In this document: positions 20,423 through 30,918 of the stretch, one piece after another | Layout: the number at the start of each line of letters is the position of its first letter | How positions within the stretch are numbered: the stretch's first letter is position 1 | Virus record (IMG/VR): IMGVR_UViG_3300035515_000417 | Location: 1 to 64,000 of that record | DNA length: 64,000 bases | Direction: 5' to 3' (one strand) | Source: a virus | Taxonomy: Duplodnaviria; Caudoviricetes | Notes under the pieces: model-generated | Databases searched by the model: none | Seen by the model: the letters and a program-made list of their open reading frames with translations, nothing else | Told to the model about the DNA's origin: nothing | Made by a program: the position numbers and the translations under genes

Positions 20423-20734
20423 GTGAGCAGGACAAGTGAAGTAATTAAGAATAAGAATAAGATTGAAAAGGCAAGAAAAGCTCGTCGTAAGAATGAAATG
20501 GTTGCATTGAAAAATAAATCAGCATTTAAAGCAAGACTGTACGATGAGTTGAAAAAGGTAGATATAATATTAAATGATAAGGACATAGATGCTGTGGTAG
20601 TGACAGTTCCAGAAAAGTCAATTAGCCAGTTTACCACTGCTATATATTCAGAGGATTTAGTAGGATATACAGTTGAACAGGTACCACAGCATCCAAATCA
20701 ATTCTACCTTAGAAGAAAGTATATATCTTTCTAG
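20423..20734 (+). CDS. Small basic hypothetical protein
   Basis: 103 aa, GTG start, RBS AGGAG. Confidence 0.75.
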   Translation: MSRTSEVIKNKNKIEKARKARRKNEMVALKNKSAFKARLYDELKKVDIILNDKDIDAVVVTVPEKSISQFTTAIYSEDLVGYTVEQVPQHPNQFYLRRKYISF

Positions 20735-20782
20735 TATTTAAGAACGGACATAGAAAAGATTTAAGAAGGGTGGAATTATAAA

Positions 20783-21196
20783 ATGTCAAGAATGAGTATT
20801 CAAGATAGATACGATGAAATATGTAAATTATCAGGTTTGTCTGAAGATGTAGTGCGTAGAGTGTTTAAGGCTACAAAACAGAGTATGGCAAAATCATTGA
20901 GACAAGGTGAGCCGAGCACTGTACCTGGTATAGTAACAATAACACCAGAAGTAAGACAAAAGTTAAGTATAGGTGGTCAAAGTTTAACAAGATATATACG
21001 TTTGAAAGCTAAAGCTTCATCTGCTTTAGAGTCTGAAATATCCAAGTTAGATAACTTTGAATCTGATAGTGATACATTGACAGAGGAAGAGTATGAGGCT
21101 GAGATACAGGCTAAGTTGTTTTTGAAAGACCCCGAACTTAATGCACCTGAGAAACCAAAAGGAATACGTGTGTCACAAATTAATGCATTATTATAA
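20783..21196 (+). CDS. HU/IHF-like DNA-binding protein with acidic C-terminal extension
   Basis: EICKLSGLSEDVVRRVFKA...LRQGEPSTVPGIVTI...YIRLKAKASSALESEI follows the HU fold pattern. Confidence 0.6.
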   Translation: MSRMSIQDRYDEICKLSGLSEDVVRRVFKATKQSMAKSLRQGEPSTVPGIVTITPEVRQKLSIGGQSLTRYIRLKAKASSALESEISKLDNFESDSDTLTEEEYEAEIQAKLFLKDPELNAPEKPKGIRVSQINALL

Positions 21197-21213
21197 AGTA
21201 AAAGGAGTCAGCT

Positions 21214-21834
21214 ATGACAGGACCAACTCATAGAAAGTTTTCCGTAGCCTTTACATTTATAGGTGCAATGCTGATTTACAAGTATAACATTCTTGATATA
21301 AGTTATTACTTAGTAGTTATGGTAATGCTTATGACTGCAAGACATGGTGCATTATTTCCAGACTTAGATCATTCATGGAAGAATGTAGGGAACAAAACTG
21401 TGGTGAATAAGATAGTAAATAGTCTTATACACTTAACTGGGGGAAAGCATAGAAGTTGGCAGACACACAGTATAGATATATGTATGTGGTTTACAATAAT
21501 ATCATTTATATTACCTGATATAACTTATAGGTATGATATAATATCTTATTTAAACTCACAAGTGCTAAAGTTAATAATGATAGGATTTTCCACTGGTTGG
21601 ATAAGTCATGAGTTTAGTGATATGCTAACATCTGGTGGTGTGAGGTTGTTCTTCTTTAATAATAAGATAAAGTTAAAATTAGTACCTAAGAGAATTAAGA
21701 TATTCAGAAAGGAATTAAGGTTTAACACAGGTAATGAATGGGAAGCTTTCTGTTATAAATGGACAAACAGAATAAATAAAGTGTTAGGTGTAATATGCAT
21801 AATATATCCATTTATGCATGAATTAATTAAATAG
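21214..21834 (+). CDS. Membrane-bound metal-dependent hydrolase (YdjM/DUF457-like)
   Basis: MTGPTH, GALFPDLDH, HRSWQTHS, SHEFSDMLTSGGV motifs with TM segments. Confidence 0.85.
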   Translation: MTGPTHRKFSVAFTFIGAMLIYKYNILDISYYLVVMVMLMTARHGALFPDLDHSWKNVGNKTVVNKIVNSLIHLTGGKHRSWQTHSIDICMWFTIISFILPDITYRYDIISYLNSQVLKLIMIGFSTGWISHEFSDMLTSGGVRLFFFNNKIKLKLVPKRIKIFRKELRFNTGNEWEAFCYKWTNRINKVLGVICIIYPFMHELIK

Positions 21835-21849
21835 AAAGGTGGAATAAAA

Positions 21850-22647
21850 ATGCAAGACAGTAGAAATAAAATAAGTGCAAGATTATTAGTGATACTTACA
21901 TTGATTATGACATTAGTAATGAGTATGACAGCTTTTGCAGATTACTCTAGTGCTAAAGATGCTGTAGCAGCTTATAAAAATACTGGTACTCTAAGTAGTT
22001 ATGTATTTACTACTAAACCAGCCGGAAGTAGTATAGATTCATGGAACGACACTAGTACAGGTATTACATACTATTGGGACACAGCTAATGAATCAGCTAT
22101 TATAAGCGCTGCGAACAGTCTGTCAGCTAAGTCAACAGCTACTTCAAATGACCAACAGAAGATTGAGGAATTTTCTAACATAACTAATGGATTTGGCTTA
22201 CAGGCAGATGTAAGTGGCGCAGGTGCTTTATTATCAGGATTCACAGGCGTAATAACTACATTACTTGGTATCTTGACAGTAGTAATTACAATAGGTATGA
22301 CAATATTTACAGGCTTTGACCTTTGCTATATTGCCTTTCCTACATTTAGAAATACTTGTGAGGAGGCAAAGCAGTCAGGTTCAGGATTCATGGCTAGTAA
22401 TAAAAAGACAAGTAGTGGTGAAACCAAGCTTAAGTTTATTTCAGATGAGGCTCAGTATGCTGTAAATGCAGCTCAGACTACAGAGAGTGGTAAGAATCCA
22501 TTTATCATTTACTTCAGTAAGAGAATAGTAGCTTACATGGTACTTGCAGTGTTACTGTTCATTTTCTTAACTGGACGTATTACAATATTTACAGACTTAG
22601 CTTTAAAGCTTGTATCTGGTGTATTGAATATTATACAGGGTGTATAA
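21850..22647 (+). CDS. Pilin-like membrane protein, paralog 2
   Basis: Signal peptide (AFA-D), TM ending FDLCYIAFP, FISDEAQYAV, C-terminal TM. Confidence 0.7.
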   Translation: MQDSRNKISARLLVILTLIMTLVMSMTAFADYSSAKDAVAAYKNTGTLSSYVFTTKPAGSSIDSWNDTSTGITYYWDTANESAIISAANSLSAKSTATSNDQQKIEEFSNITNGFGLQADVSGAGALLSGFTGVITTLLGILTVVITIGMTIFTGFDLCYIAFPTFRNTCEEAKQSGSGFMASNKKTSSGETKLKFISDEAQYAVNAAQTTESGKNPFIIYFSKRIVAYMVLAVLLFIFLTGRITIFTDLALKLVSGVLNIIQGV

Positions 22648-22681
22648 TGAGAGTAACTAGCAAAACTAAGGAGGTTAACAT

Positions 22682-23182
22682 ATGTTATTACTCACTAAAA
22701 CAAGTACTAGCATAGCTTCACTTGTAGAAGAATTGGAAAAGAGAATATATTCTAATGGTGATGTAAACTATTTGTTTATGATACAGAGTACAAATGTGAT
22801 ATATAGTATAGCCTCCTTAGTTCTTGGTATATTATCTTTACTAATAGTAATTATAGTACCTATAGTAATAGCCTTAGAACTTATGTATATATGTTTCCCA
22901 GCAGTGAGAGCAAAAGCTGATGAACTTATAATGAAAATAGAGGGCTCTGGACATAAAAATAACTTAGTCCAATTTACATTAAGAGATGCAGTAGAAGCTG
23001 TGGAAGAAGCTAATACACGAATGGTTGGTGAAAGATCAGCCTTATGGATTTATTTACAGATAAAGGTAAAAAGTGTATTGTTCCTAATGTTTATTGTGGC
23101 ACTGGTAGTAAGAGGAAGTGCCTCTATAATAGCTTTTATGGACGGACTTATTAGTAATATAATATATGCTATGTTTGGATAG
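22682..23182 (+). CDS. Pilin-like membrane protein, paralog 3
   Basis: TM ending LELMYICFP, FTLRDAVEAV, C-terminal TM; RBS AAGGAGG. Confidence 0.7.
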   Translation: MLLLTKTSTSIASLVEELEKRIYSNGDVNYLFMIQSTNVIYSIASLVLGILSLLIVIIVPIVIALELMYICFPAVRAKADELIMKIEGSGHKNNLVQFTLRDAVEAVEEANTRMVGERSALWIYLQIKVKSVLFLMFIVALVVRGSASIIAFMDGLISNIIYAMFG

Positions 23183-23190
23183 ACAAGGCG

Positions 23191-23235
23191 TAAGCTGGTA
23201 CACTTTATATAAAGAGGGACCAGCTTATGTTTTTG
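23191..23235 (+). terminator. Hairpin/terminator after the pilin-like genes
   Basis: TAAGCTGGT...ACCAGCTTA followed by TGTTTTT. Confidence 0.7.
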
Positions 23236-23288
23236 AAAGAAATGTAACAATATAAGAAATTAGATAACTAAGAAAGGAAAGAGTAGGC

Positions 23289-25862
23289 ATGAAGATATCA
23301 AGAAAGATAATAATATTAACAATAGCCACATTTGTTTGTCTAATGTCTACAGCCTGTGGTGAAACATTAAAAGGATATGTACAGCATGACCTAGGTAATC
23401 AGCTTAGTGAGAAAGTGGATGCTAATATTATGATAGTTGACCAATTAAAACAAGCCGGGTTCTTATCAGAAAATGAGGCAGCTAGTGTAACAGCCTCATT
23501 GAACACTCAGAAGGCTGACTTTGAAACTCAGATAAGAACAATAGAGGGCAGTGGAAAGATACCTGGAAACTTGACAGGTGCTATTTCAAGTTTCAGAATA
23601 GCAGATGGAAGTACACTACATTACCTTGGTAATACCGATTCTGTACAGACTGATGAGGGTTCCTTCTGGGATACATTTAATCCAAAGACTTCATCACATC
23701 AACCACTATCAGAAAAATTGAATTGCTTGATATTGACAAATTACTTGTGTTTGTCTAAAGGTGGTGTGGCAATATGGGGTGATACTCCAAAGAAAGGATT
23801 TGTAGAGGAGGATTCAGAGGATAACTGGTATACTAAGACATCTTCTGGTAACTATTGTCCAATAAATGAAAAGCAGTCTAAGATATGGCATGTAAAAGAT
23901 ACAGGTATAAATCCTATAGTGCTAGTGGCTGATGATATTGAGACATCTATAGAGAGTAAGTTTGATTATGAGGTATATGTTTTAAAGCCTGACATAGTCA
24001 CTGGTGACGATTCTGGTTCAATAGATATTATTATAACAGCATTGCAATCAGCTATAACAAAATCAGGTAACAATAAATCAAATACTGGTATGACAGTATC
24101 AAATACAGCTTTACTTGAGCAATATTTTCAAAAGGCAACCACTAAAGATGGTAAATCAATAAAATTAATTGATAAGGATGGTAGTGGAAACATACCAGAT
24201 GAATATAAGTTGGTAAAAGTAAGTAGTGCAAATGACCTTGATACAGGTGACACAACAGCTACACCTGGTAAGGATTTGATAGTAAAGCAGTATAATGTTC
24301 CAATGATGTCATTAAGGTTTAAAGAGTTTGACCAGACAGCTGTAGATAACTTAAATGCATTGATGGGTTTACAAGAGAATAAATATGTATTTTGTGAGGT
24401 AGCAGGTTCAAAAAGAGCTTACTTAATGGAATATCCAGTATCAGTATTATCTAGTATTGAACAAGTAGATGATAACAAGGTTAATGGTACACTTGCAAGT
24501 TCTGGTATAGGTGTGAACTTGTTTACTGGTAAGATAGTAAAGTATGATGTAGATTCTACTGGTGTTAAATGGCTCGCATCTGGAACGGCTATAGATAATT
24601 CAGTAGAGAATTACTTAAATGTAGATGCAGCTTCAAGTAATAATGAAACATCTAAGAGTTCATTTATACTGAAAGGAATGACAACTACCACAATAAGTTA
24701 CAACTTGTCATCTGGTGAAGCAAAGCAGAATATAACGACAGGTAGAATTGTATTAAGAGACTATCTGGAGGCTACCTATGCACCAGGTTTTATAGATAAT
24801 GAGCCTGTGGTCTCGTTTGGGCGAAAGATAAGAGTTAATTTCTCACAATGGGATGAATCGGTGTACGATAAGAATAATGCTTATACACAGTATAGTCCAT
24901 ATTGGGACAAAACACAAACTTTTGGGTACTATGTAGATAAATCGGGTGACCGAATAGAAACCTCACCAACACTAAAGATAACAGACCTAGCAGATATAAA
25001 TTATCTAATGACTGGTACAACTTCAAGTACATGGACAAAGAACAAGTTGTATAGTATAGTAGAGCCTGGTCAAAAGACATCTAAGACAGAAGCTACAGCA
25101 GAGGCTGGTGAGGTACACTCAGCAGACCAACTTGAAAAATATACAGTGGACAGTAAGAAATTACAGACTACACTTCCACTTCCAAGTAAGTATCTGGCTA
25201 AAGAAGATTTTGACAATGATACCACGTCAAAGCAGAGGTTTTATGTATTAGCTACCAAGTATAATATGTTTGACACTGGACTGTTTAGCGATTGGATTGA
25301 AAGTACATCAAGTACAGCTTCATTAGATTGGTGGGACAGTTACCTTGCAACTTACAATTATTTATATAGTCCTGGACATGAGGCTGTAAATAATTACTTG
25401 AAAACGAATTATGCATACGAGTTAAGTCAAAATGGTGTAGTTGTATTGGACCTTGAAACAGTAAGTAAGGTACAAGAGATATTTGATGATAAGACAGCTC
25501 ATGACAGGGTATCGAATATAAGGACATTCTTTATGATACTTGGTTGGGTATTAATAATATATAGTATGATATTAATGCTCTGTTGGGGTGTAGATGCCAA
25601 CATGGATATAGGTGTAAAGTTGTTAGAGAAAGCAACCTTTGGGCATTGGGTGGCTATTAAGTATGAGGATGATGTGCCATACATGAATACAAATGGTAGG
25701 ACATATCTGACAGGTTCAAAGATGTTTATAAGATGCTTAATAATTATATCCTTAGGATTAATAATTATATATGTGAACATCTTCACTGTAGTATTAAGGC
25801 TCATAGAATTGTTTGGTTCGTTCGCATCAAAGATAGAGAAAATAATTCTAGGTACTAGATAG
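23289..25862 (+). CDS. Large lipoprotein with C-terminal TM helices (putative transfer-apparatus component)
   Basis: Lipobox MSTA-C23; ~715-aa extracellular region; two or more C-terminal hydrophobic segments. Confidence 0.75.
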   Translation: MKISRKIIILTIATFVCLMSTACGETLKGYVQHDLGNQLSEKVDANIMIVDQLKQAGFLSENEAASVTASLNTQKADFETQIRTIEGSGKIPGNLTGAISSFRIADGSTLHYLGNTDSVQTDEGSFWDTFNPKTSSHQPLSEKLNCLILTNYLCLSKGGVAIWGDTPKKGFVEEDSEDNWYTKTSSGNYCPINEKQSKIWHVKDTGINPIVLVADDIETSIESKFDYEVYVLKPDIVTGDDSGSIDIIITALQSAITKSGNNKSNTGMTVSNTALLEQYFQKATTKDGKSIKLIDKDGSGNIPDEYKLVKVSSANDLDTGDTTATPGKDLIVKQYNVPMMSLRFKEFDQTAVDNLNALMGLQENKYVFCEVAGSKRAYLMEYPVSVLSSIEQVDDNKVNGTLASSGIGVNLFTGKIVKYDVDSTGVKWLASGTAIDNSVENYLNVDAASSNNETSKSSFILKGMTTTTISYNLSSGEAKQNITTGRIVLRDYLEATYAPGFIDNEPVVSFGRKIRVNFSQWDESVYDKNNAYTQYSPYWDKTQTFGYYVDKSGDRIETSPTLKITDLADINYLMTGTTSSTWTKNKLYSIVEPGQKTSKTEATAEAGEVHSADQLEKYTVDSKKLQTTLPLPSKYLAKEDFDNDTTSKQRFYVLATKYNMFDTGLFSDWIESTSSTASLDWWDSYLATYNYLYSPGHEAVNNYLKTNYAYELSQNGVVVLDLETVSKVQEIFDDKTAHDRVSNIRTFFMILGWVLIIYSMILMLCWGVDANMDIGVKLLEKATFGHWVAIKYEDDVPYMNTNGRTYLTGSKMFIRCLIIISLGLIIIYVNIFTVVLRLIELFGSFASKIEKIILGTR

Positions 25863-25896
25863 ACATTAAGGAACATTGAGGAAAGGAAAAATAAAT

Positions 25897-28800
25897 ATGA
25901 AACAAAGGATTGTTACAATATTAAAAAAGTTAATAATAGCTTTAATGTGTATAACGACCTTATCCAGTGCCATAGTGTCTGTTATACCTATAGCCAAGGC
26001 AGATAGTTTATCTGTATTGGGTACAAATAAGGCTTTGGGTTCTCCAATTTTAAATGAAAATTTCACAGTAGATAACTGGAACAAATGGGAAATAGTTTGT
26101 TGGGGAGTATTCTTAAGTAATTTCTGTCAGCCATTGATAGATACTTATGAATCAGCCTTTAAGTCTGGAACTACAGGTTCATCTGGTGCAGGATATAAGG
26201 CATTATGCTTTGGTAGTGGTAGTGATGCATCAAATAATGAGACTATAGAAGCCTTTTGTGATTATGCTATACAGCAACAGAAGTCAGCTTCATTAAGACA
26301 AGTTTATGTTACCTACTCACATGTAAGATACAGTGGTTTGACCAGTATAGCAGGTCAAGGTAATTTTTTAATAACAGATGAACAAGACCCTAACGTTGAT
26401 GCAAAGGTGGCAAGGCAGGCTACAATATCAGATTTCTTTTTTAAGGATGGTAGTGATGTTGATACGACAAATGCTAAAGTAAAGGGTTCAAGTGTATTGA
26501 GTACAAATGTATTAGTGCAGAGTTGGTATACACATACAGTATCAATAGATGCATATGTACCAACTTTCTGGATTGTAAATACAAATAAGCAGTACGTAAA
26601 GATTTTAGACTTTATGGACACCTGGGATATACAGGTATTTACAGCTATCATAAATGCTGTAAGAGAGACATATGAGTCTGACTTTACAACAGCTTTTGAC
26701 AACTATGTAAATTCAAATGCATTGGTATCTTTGGACGTATTTGGAAATTTAGTAATGCCAGACAGAAAGATGTTCTTCCCAGCATCAGCTAATCAGAATA
26801 TAACAGAGGATAAATCTATAAATCTGGTAAATAGTTGGGTGTTTAACAGTTATAATTCGACATACTCAAATGATAACTTAATTGAGGGTGTAAAACAGGA
26901 GGCATTAAAAGCCATATTTATACCATATAGTATTTTATCTGGTCTTCCTGCTTTTACAGAGAGTAGTTTAGGAAATATAGGATTACTGTATTATGATACA
27001 GACTCAATAGTATTAAGTGATAATAACGTAACAATAACTCCTGGTGAAGCAGTTAAAGATTTATTTGACTGTGATATAAACCAAGGAACTACTCAGAAAT
27101 ATCCATTAAAGTTTGAGATAGCAGGTTGTGATACTAAGTTTTCTCGTGGATTTTGGAAGACAGTTACATTTAAGTCTAGGGATGACTTAGTTCAATCTAG
27201 TTTGGTGGCATCTGTATTGAGCAATAGAAATGATGGTACATCAGCACTGCCAGCTATGTTGAATTACATTGAGGCTACTGATGGTACACATGTAGATTTG
27301 TTTGACTCAGACCCAGTAATAATTCCAGTACAGCTGTTATCAAAGACTCAGGACGGTAAAGCTTTAAGGTATTTTTATAACTATTGTTATAAGGCATATA
27401 CAGGTAAAATAACTAACCAAAGTGAGGGTGGAACATATTATACTAGTATGTTAAAGAGTGGCATGAGTATTCTATCCGCAACCACATTTAAAGAATTTAA
27501 GTCAGAGGCAAAGAATTTATGGGCAGGATTTAAGTCAGCTTATCCACAGTTCAAAAAAGTGGATTTCAGAGATTCAATGATACTTGACATAGGTGATAAT
27601 GAGTCAATAAATCCAGACTCATTTAGATTAGTAAAAGTATACCCTATATCGGATGTGTTGAGGTCAGTGTCTTCTGTATTAGGATGTGTAGACGGTACAG
27701 AGTTTAGTGTGTACTCTACGATGATATACATGACTTATCTTGATTGGTACGGTGTAGCAAATGTGACTACATTAACTTCTGGAACAGAAGGTACAAGTAA
27801 TTTTGATAAAGACATATATGATTCATCTATTGACATGCTAAGTTTAGACCCTGGCGAATTAACAGATTTGAAGTCAGAGGAGGATATGGAAACAGAAGTA
27901 TTAAATATGAGTTACTTGATGCTATCCCCTGACTCAGGACGTACATATAGAAAGACATTGATATATAATGGAATATCAGACTTTTTATATGAGCAGTACA
28001 ATAGAATGGTTTATGGTGGTGCTAGTGCAGATTATTCTGGCTCGGCTTCAAAGAGTAACTCAGGATTCTTTGCTATAGAGACATTTGATGAAAATCCACT
28101 AACAAGTTTCTTCTTAGAGAACTATGTAGATATAGCTGTGTGGATAATTGCAATATGTGTAGTAGCTTCCATAATAATAGGATTACTAAAGAAAAGAAAG
28201 CTAAGTTGGTTTGTATTCTCAATTATAATTGTGGTTAACTGTGTATTATTAGTCCCATCATCAGGTGAATTAGTACCATACACCACATCGCACATAGTTA
28301 ATAAGATGTTTAGTTCCAAAATGACTGCTTGGAGCATGTCAGAGGGTATAGCCAATGCACAGCTTGAGAGTAATGCTCAATCCTCTACTGGTACATTTAC
28401 AGGCATGACAACAGAAGAGGCTGAACTTGCTACAAAACTGATAAAACAGTTGAACGTAGTATATACAGATAGGTCACTGATGCTTAAGCAGGATATAAGT
28501 CAGAAATTGACACAGGAATTAGGTGGTGTATACTCAGAAATTCAGTCTTTGCAGTCTGCTAGGTGGATATTACCAATGGTAATGGAGCAGTTCACAAATC
28601 AAGAGGATACTTATGGAAGTCTATATGTTAAGCTGAGTAATGTTTGGGATGACGCTAGTAATCTGTATTGGTACTTTAACCCAGATGATGCTACAAATGT
28701 AACAAAGAAGACAGCAACTTCAAGTCAGTTTGTACCTGGTTCTGGTTCAGCTGTTACTAAGGTAGATACCATAGAGAGCTATGATTCATTGACAAGTTAC

Positions 28801-30906
28801 TTCCAAGATTTTGTATCTTGCGATTGGGCAGATGATACTTCTACTAATGTAAACTATGCGAATTACTCATATACTTTGAATAATGACCTTAATAGTATAG
28901 TTCATACATATGCTTGGGTGTTACCAGACTCCACAAGAATGGTATACAGCAGAAAGCATACACTTGGTACAAATGGTGAGGATTATGTAAATGCAGACTC
29001 ATGGCAGAAATATATAGATAACATTACTGGTGCAGATGGTTCTTCAAAGAAATTAATGAAATCTAACTTTGAAACCACAAGAACAAGTGATGATGTAGAT
29101 AATAACTATAATAACGGTGGCTTTGAACAAATAGCAGATACATATGATAGAACAGATGCATCCTCATTAAAGGCAGGGTTTAGCTTTTATAAACATACCG
29201 AATCACCTTTCTACTATTTCTTTGATGTAGTAAAGGATTCATTTAATAAAGATATAACAGCAGGAACAACTGCTGGTGCTACATTAGGAAGCGTAGTAGG
29301 AAAGTTACTTGGCACTATAGAGGAAGATGCAGACGGTAATGAAGTAAGGTCAAACTTTATGTATGCAACTATAACAAGTGATAAAGAGGAAGAATCTTCA
29401 ACAACTGGTAGAATTACTAATAGTGATGTAGCTTATACAGGATATGTAAGGGATGTACTTGACCTAGAATATTTCTTTAGTAATGTAGTACCGTACTTAT
29501 ATCAAATGACACTTGAAACAGGTGGATTTGATGGTGAATCTGGAATATTAGGTGACCTTACAATTACGGATGATAGCGATTACTATGAAGGAAATATGCA
29601 ATCATGGGCGTACAGATGTAATTGGGCAGTAAAATTAATGGAAAATCCTGAATTATCAGACCCAATGACAGTAAGAGATAATGCTGGCAACAAGTATACT
29701 GTAAATAATCCATTATTACCAGAGTGTTACCCATCTAATAGACCAATGGTATACAGTGAAGCTCAAATGTATGCACTTGGACTTACAGAATATGACCTTA
29801 ATGTAGTAGAGCTTAAGTGTCTACAAGTTAATGAGGACGTAGCTAAGACATGGACAATGCTTGTAAATTATGCTGGTACATCTGGTGTAACTAAAGAGGT
29901 CTTCTTCAGACAGATGGCTACAGATGCTACAATGATATTTGACACAGAGTTTAGTACTGGTGGAATAATGAATAATTTGTATAGCATTTATCCACAGTCA
30001 ATAGATTTAAGATATTTGTCATTTGACAGTATTATGAAAATGTTGATGTTAAATGTATCAAAGAACTCAAGTTATGTATATGGTGATACAATGTCACAAT
30101 TGATTGAGGACACTGATTTAGTAACCGCTTTGATATTGTTGTTAGTAGCATTTGCATGTGCTTTCATAATGCCTGGCATAAGAGTAGTATTAATGGCATT
30201 AATATTCTACTTAGGATTCACTGCAATAATAAGAGCTTTGTTTACCAGTCCTAAGGCAAAAGCAAAGATATGCTGTGGACAATTAATAAGTAACCTTGCA
30301 TTTATGACCTATACAATAATATATTATGCTTCGTTCTCTTTAATGATGTCTGTTACATCCAGTGATGAGGTATTAAGCATAAATAGTATAACAACTAACA
30401 CTGGAAATCCAGTATGGGTACTCTTATTAGTATTATTGTTCTCAATACTTTATATAGCAGCTATGGTAATTCAGATAAGAGCATGCATATTCAATTATAA
30501 AGATATGGGATTTGAAATGTATGCTCAGTTAGCAAGTGCAGCTGTTGATAGAGTGAGAGGTGCAATAGGTAGCTTCAAGGACTCAATCAGTGATGGCTGG
30601 GGTGATATAAGAGATGCAGTTAACGGAAATGGTTCAGGCTCTGGAAGTGGAGAAAAGAAACAGGTAGGAATAAATGGAACAGGTAGGAAAGATGGTTCTA
30701 CTAATACAAAGATAGATAACAGTACAAATACCTTGACCATAAATAATAATGGTGACAATAGTGATAGTGATATGCAACAAGACATGTTGGCTTCAGCTTA
30801 TGAATCTGGTAGGGACGATGGTGAATCAGTAGTTGACTCACAGGCTACTACAGATAGCATTAATGCTCAGATAGAGGCAGGAAGTTCAATGGGTCAAGAG
30901 GAATAA
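25897..30906 (+). CDS. 1669-aa polytopic membrane protein, putative extended VirB6-like channel component
   Basis: Start at ATG 25897 (RBS GAGGAAAGG); signal peptide, two large extracellular regions, internal TM pair and a C-terminal TM cluster with hydrophilic tail. VirB6 call rests on topology and context only. Confidence 0.6.
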   Translation: MKQRIVTILKKLIIALMCITTLSSAIVSVIPIAKADSLSVLGTNKALGSPILNENFTVDNWNKWEIVCWGVFLSNFCQPLIDTYESAFKSGTTGSSGAGYKALCFGSGSDASNNETIEAFCDYAIQQQKSASLRQVYVTYSHVRYSGLTSIAGQGNFLITDEQDPNVDAKVARQATISDFFFKDGSDVDTTNAKVKGSSVLSTNVLVQSWYTHTVSIDAYVPTFWIVNTNKQYVKILDFMDTWDIQVFTAIINAVRETYESDFTTAFDNYVNSNALVSLDVFGNLVMPDRKMFFPASANQNITEDKSINLVNSWVFNSYNSTYSNDNLIEGVKQEALKAIFIPYSILSGLPAFTESSLGNIGLLYYDTDSIVLSDNNVTITPGEAVKDLFDCDINQGTTQKYPLKFEIAGCDTKFSRGFWKTVTFKSRDDLVQSSLVASVLSNRNDGTSALPAMLNYIEATDGTHVDLFDSDPVIIPVQLLSKTQDGKALRYFYNYCYKAYTGKITNQSEGGTYYTSMLKSGMSILSATTFKEFKSEAKNLWAGFKSAYPQFKKVDFRDSMILDIGDNESINPDSFRLVKVYPISDVLRSVSSVLGCVDGTEFSVYSTMIYMTYLDWYGVANVTTLTSGTEGTSNFDKDIYDSSIDMLSLDPGELTDLKSEEDMETEVLNMSYLMLSPDSGRTYRKTLIYNGISDFLYEQYNRMVYGGASADYSGSASKSNSGFFAIETFDENPLTSFFLENYVDIAVWIIAICVVASIIIGLLKKRKLSWFVFSIIIVVNCVLLVPSSGELVPYTTSHIVNKMFSSKMTAWSMSEGIANAQLESNAQSSTGTFTGMTTEEAELATKLIKQLNVVYTDRSLMLKQDISQKLTQELGGVYSEIQSLQSARWILPMVMEQFTNQEDTYGSLYVKLSNVWDDASNLYWYFNPDDATNVTKKTATSSQFVPGSGSAVTKVDTIESYDSLTSYFQDFVSCDWADDTSTNVNYANYSYTLNNDLNSIVHTYAWVLPDSTRMVYSRKHTLGTNGEDYVNADSWQKYIDNITGADGSSKKLMKSNFETTRTSDDVDNNYNNGGFEQIADTYDRTDASSLKAGFSFYKHTESPFYYFFDVVKDSFNKDITAGTTAGATLGSVVGKLLGTIEEDADGNEVRSNFMYATITSDKEEESSTTGRITNSDVAYTGYVRDVLDLEYFFSNVVPYLYQMTLETGGFDGESGILGDLTITDDSDYYEGNMQSWAYRCNWAVKLMENPELSDPMTVRDNAGNKYTVNNPLLPECYPSNRPMVYSEAQMYALGLTEYDLNVVELKCLQVNEDVAKTWTMLVNYAGTSGVTKEVFFRQMATDATMIFDTEFSTGGIMNNLYSIYPQSIDLRYLSFDSIMKMLMLNVSKNSSYVYGDTMSQLIEDTDLVTALILLLVAFACAFIMPGIRVVLMALIFYLGFTAIIRALFTSPKAKAKICCGQLISNLAFMTYTIIYYASFSLMMSVTSSDEVLSINSITTNTGNPVWVLLLVLLFSILYIAAMVIQIRACIFNYKDMGFEMYAQLASAAVDRVRGAIGSFKDSISDGWGDIRDAVNGNGSGSGSGEKKQVGINGTGRKDGSTNTKIDNSTNTLTINNNGDNSDSDMQQDMLASAYESGRDDGESVVDSQATTDSINAQIEAGSSMGQEE

Positions 30907-30918
30907 AATAAAAATATG

